Positions 28,757-32,000 of a DNA stretch of 32,000 nucleotides are shown here, in pieces; position 1 is the first letter of the stretch, and each line of letters begins with the position of its first letter. Source of the DNA: Amoeboradix gromovi X-113. Lineage: Eukaryota > Fungi > Sanchytriomycota. The translations under genes were made by a program, and so were the position numbers. The stretch spans positions 10,433 to 42,432 of the forward strand of contig JADGIF010000013.1 of NCBI GenBank assembly GCA_018985225.1. Direction: 5' to 3'. The notes under the pieces are model-generated. The model saw nothing but the letters and a program-made list of their open reading frames with translations, made no database searches and was not told the origin of the DNA.

Positions 28757-29536
28757 ATGTCCACTCCGGAGGAAATCATTGAATGGCACGAAGATGGTTG
28801 GTTTAAGGGTAACATTTGCGCGCTGGCTGTCCTTACTTTCTTTTTATCGAGTCCAGGTTATTTTGACAAGATTGGAGGAGGAAGGTTTAATGCAGCACTT
28901 GGAATACTAGCATTAGTGGCATTCTTTATTAGACCTGTACGATTTATATACGGAGGAGCCTGTAATGAGATCTCGATTTTATATTGGTTAGTTGTGTCAG
29001 CACTCTTGGGTGTGTATGTAATTTACATGGGACAGAGAATTAATAAGAACAAAAAAGCATTTATTGCTGCTGGAGTCACTGTAACAATAACCCAAGCTTC
29101 AAAATTAGGAGGACATAGTGCAACGTGCACAAATGGCAGTCTGGTTGCAGAAGGATTTGAAACATGGACTATGTACGCAGGAGCCGTTTTAGTAATAGTA
29201 GCTGTATGGATTATAGCTATGGCATGCAAGTTTTTTAAAGACGGCAAAATGACAGGAGACGACGTTCGATTAAAGAAACTGGATTTAGTAAGCAGAATTG
29301 CACTTGTTGCCTCTCCGTTACCGTTGATAGGGGCGGGCCTCGCTTCTTTTGCTGGCCCAATGAAGAATGTGATTTCTGGGCAATTGGTGCTGCTTTTTGC
29401 AACTGTCTATTTAGCTTCGGTCAGCCATATTACCATGTTTCTCTATGACTCTTTAAGTAAGTACATGAAAGCAGCTCAAGACGGATCCACTGTCACCAAT
29501 GTAAATGCACAGAATATCAGCATGCAAAATAAATAA
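28757..29536 (+). CDS. Multi-pass membrane protein (~7 TM, GPCR-like topology), 259 aa
   Basis: About seven hydrophobic segments, with Cys before TM3 (GACNE) and in the TM4-TM5 loop (ATCTN). Confidence 0.75.
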   Translation: MSTPEEIIEWHEDGWFKGNICALAVLTFFLSSPGYFDKIGGGRFNAALGILALVAFFIRPVRFIYGGACNEISILYWLVVSALLGVYVIYMGQRINKNKKAFIAAGVTVTITQASKLGGHSATCTNGSLVAEGFETWTMYAGAVLVIVAVWIIAMACKFFKDGKMTGDDVRLKKLDLVSRIALVASPLPLIGAGLASFAGPMKNVISGQLVLLFATVYLASVSHITMFLYDSLSKYMKAAQDGSTVTNVNAQNISMQNK

Positions 29537-29778
29537 TATTAACTAAAACAACAAATCCTCAGTAGCTGGTTTTTCAGTTTAGTTGTCAGCGTCAGTAACT
29601 GGTTTTGTTGCAAAAATGGATCTTGCGGTTAATTTGTTCTAGAATAACAGCCAATTCCTCGTTAGAAGCTGAATATTTGTTTTTGTAACTAGTAATTTCA
29701 TAGATGATATTATTGTGTTCCATAAAGTCTGTCGAGATATTTGTTGTGTTACAGAATTTTTCCATAGTTTCTGTTCAA

Positions 29779-30114
29779 ATGATGCATCTATTAGTTCTCG
29801 CTCTTCCACTATCTGAACCAAAAAGTTCATTGCTTGATGAATTTCTGGAATGGAAAACTAATCTTAATGTTTGGCTTGCTACAATCGCTTTTCGATTGAA
29901 AGACTTTGAGTCTGGGTTTCAAGAAAAAGCTAGTGAAGAGATTCCTCATATAGCGCACCTTACAGTCGAAAAATTTGAAAATAGAAACGAAACACATACC
30001 GCAGAAACACTGGCATTACCTGGTACAAGTAATACTGGCGGTAAGTCTGTTGTTGACACCGGTAGCATGGTACCAATGAACATTACCATTATTAAACACC
30101 CTACCAAGGGTTGA
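29779..30114 (+). CDS. Small putative secreted protein, ~111 aa (possibly truncated)
   Basis: MMHLLVLALP hydrophobic start; short ORF; no family recognised. Confidence 0.4.
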   Translation: MMHLLVLALPLSEPKSSLLDEFLEWKTNLNVWLATIAFRLKDFESGFQEKASEEIPHIAHLTVEKFENRNETHTAETLALPGTSNTGGKSVVDTGSMVPMNITIIKHPTKG

Positions 30115-30248
30115 TTATAAACACTGATCTGGTTACTAGCACCAACTCTTACCATCGTGCATGGTGACATTATGAGATAGTGAACAGCAGTCAAAAATTT
30201 ATATCCGAGACATTGGGCGTTGAAATAAATTCTTTGAGTGTAATTAGT

Positions 30249-31337
30249 TTATTCGCTTTCAAACTCAAGATAATCAAAAACGTCTTCTTCAAATATTTTT
30301 ATCCATATGTTATTTTTATAGTACCACTGATTTTCAACCTTTTTGATCACTTTCCCATCAAATGTCAGGCTGATGTAATCACATTTGGGCAGAAATTTGA
30401 ATGTATATTCCAGATGGCTACATGTAATTGTTATGTTCTTCATCTCCAAAAGCTCAAAATTGCTAGTCAATTTTATAGATCGTGCCCTCAAGTAGAGTGT
30501 CTCAATATTTGAAGAGACGGGAAAAGATTCAAAATAATTTATTTCTAGGCAAGAAAATCCCAAGTACTTTAAATGCTTAAAATCGCTCAGGTAACTGAAG
30601 TTGGTATTAGTCTCTGCTGCATCTATTGTGTCCATGACAACTATATTTGGAATCCACAAGGGCGCGTTATTTGCCAGTGCTACGTTGAGTCTCAGCGTTT
30701 CCTGTTGCACTATCGCATTGTGACTTATTAGATGTGTTAAATGTGGCATTATCCTATTTACAGCAACATCTTCAGGATCCGGTGCTTCTCCACCACCAAA
30801 TATGTAATCAGAGAGCTGACTATGAGGCACAAATATGCAATCTTTAAAAATAAGTTTTTTGATCTTTGGGTTGTCTTTCACTCTCAAATGCACATCATGA
30901 TTATCATGGGATACAATCACGAGAGTGTCTACATTTACAAACTTGTCCAAATCTATGAACTCTAAACTGCCATTGTGCGCTTCTAAACACTTCAATTTGC
31001 TAAAAAATAGAGAGCATTTGTAAAATGTTGGAAAGTCTGCTACTGAAGAATCTAGAATAAGCTTTCTCGGAGTAAGTGCCCCCCATATTGTCTGCAAATC
31101 AGATCTCTGCTGTTTGCTGAAATCGCCTGTCACTGTCAATGTGTGTATTCTGTCATTTTCGAATTTATGATAATTATTTAAAACATATTCCAGGTTGGAA
31201 TTGGAGATACAAAGCACGTTTGATAATATATTAGTAATGCTCTTTCTCAGCTTATTACAGGTCAGTGAAATGGAGTGTAAATCATTGATATCGAGATATT
31301 GAGTGAGTAGTGCAATCGAATCATCACCAATATTCAT
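30249..31337 (-). CDS. F-box-like protein with LRR-like repeats, 362 aa
   Basis: N-terminal IGDDSIALLTQYLDINDLHSISLTCNKLR fits the F-box consensus; later LxxLxL repeats (LKCLEA, LTHLIS, LKYLGF, IETLYL). Confidence 0.75.
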   Translation of the reverse strand: MNIGDDSIALLTQYLDINDLHSISLTCNKLRKSITNILSNVLCISNSNLEYVLNNYHKFENDRIHTLTVTGDFSKQQRSDLQTIWGALTPRKLILDSSVADFPTFYKCSLFFSKLKCLEAHNGSLEFIDLDKFVNVDTLVIVSHDNHDVHLRVKDNPKIKKLIFKDCIFVPHSQLSDYIFGGGEAPDPEDVAVNRIMPHLTHLISHNAIVQQETLRLNVALANNAPLWIPNIVVMDTIDAAETNTNFSYLSDFKHLKYLGFSCLEINYFESFPVSSNIETLYLRARSIKLTSNFELLEMKNITITCSHLEYTFKFLPKCDYISLTFDGKVIKKVENQWYYKNNIWIKIFEEDVFDYLEFESE

Positions 31338-31436
31338 GGAGGGAGGATATGTTTTACTACAAACGAAAACAATTAAAAGTATAGAAAAATATGGAATCTA
31401 ATCTATTGATAACGTGATATCAGCACTAAAGTTGAG

Positions 31437-31900
31437 GTGATAGTCTGTTGTGAGGACATATGCAAATCTGGTTTAACACATGGAACACTAATTACAAAAC
31501 CTAGACAAACGGTTTCCAAGGGATTGCGAATATGCGTTTACTTGAGGTTAATCTCTTTTAGAATAGCTTTGATGAGTTCTATAATTAATAACTTTAGGCA
31601 GGACAATGGAAAGGCCGCCTTGTGCTACGCCGTGGTATCTGCAAGAGACCGCAATCATCTGTGAAAAGAGACGTTTGTCCGATGCACTAATTCGCTAAAC
31701 TTCAGAATTAGCAGCAGAATAAAGACACACGAATCTTACCAGATTATTTCAATGAGGCATAAGCAATCTTTGAACGCAACCGATTCAAAAGTTATAAAAA
31801 GAAAAAAACAAACTTTCAAGTCACTAAATGTCTGTTTACAGATGGGACATCAAATATAAAAACTGGACTAACTTTCTATAACAACTTGGAGCATTATTTC
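31437..31900 (+). pseudogene. Degenerate non-LTR-like relic
   Basis: SFRIAL, ALCYA..RDRNHL..C (decayed zf-RVT-like) and YRWDIKYKNWTNFL; exact 32-nt match to 15958-15989. Confidence 0.4.
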
Positions 31901-32000
31901 AGCTTTATTAATTTTATGGATTTAAGAGGCGAGTGGGCATTCAGCTAGTTGCGGAGTTGACGAGTATAAAAGGAAAATAAATATTTTGTACAGCTTTTCT

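Noticed and set aside
1-32000. Stop-codon reassignment or prokaryotic/viral origin of the window
   Set aside because: Conserved genes end at TAA, TAG or TGA where expected, internal stops are explained by GT-AG introns, and SEC16, CK2-beta, F-box and homeodomain genes indicate a eukaryotic nucleus.

Overview
A compact, AT-rich, intron-poor eukaryotic window using the standard genetic code. The gene set and style suggest an early-diverging fungus or fungus-like protist (inference). Recognisable host genes: SEC16, mitochondrial aspartyl-tRNA synthetase, casein kinase II beta, arginyl-tRNA synthetase, a WrbA/Pst2 flavodoxin-like quinone reductase, a thioredoxin/PDI-domain protein, a LOTUS+CCCH protein, an F-box protein, a minimal homeodomain, a 7-TM protein and several orphan or secreted proteins. 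Two things stand out. (1) Six dispersed relics of one IS607-type transposon (121-614, 631-1060, ~12445-12636, 13903-14593, 16273-16535, ~26327-26949) carry remnants of the TnpA serine-recombinase HTH and of a Fanzor2/TnpB RNA-guided nuclease. Five keep a conserved ~120-125 nt structured right end (candidate omegaRNA scaffold), each followed by a different flank (candidate guide). (2) Three ultra-short 19-20 nt GT-AG introns are predicted; two restore conserved protein C-termini and the third joins two otherwise separate ORFs in frame. Intergenic space also holds degenerate relics that resemble an L1/Tx1-like non-LTR retrotransposon. All protein assignments come from motif recognition by eye, not database searches.
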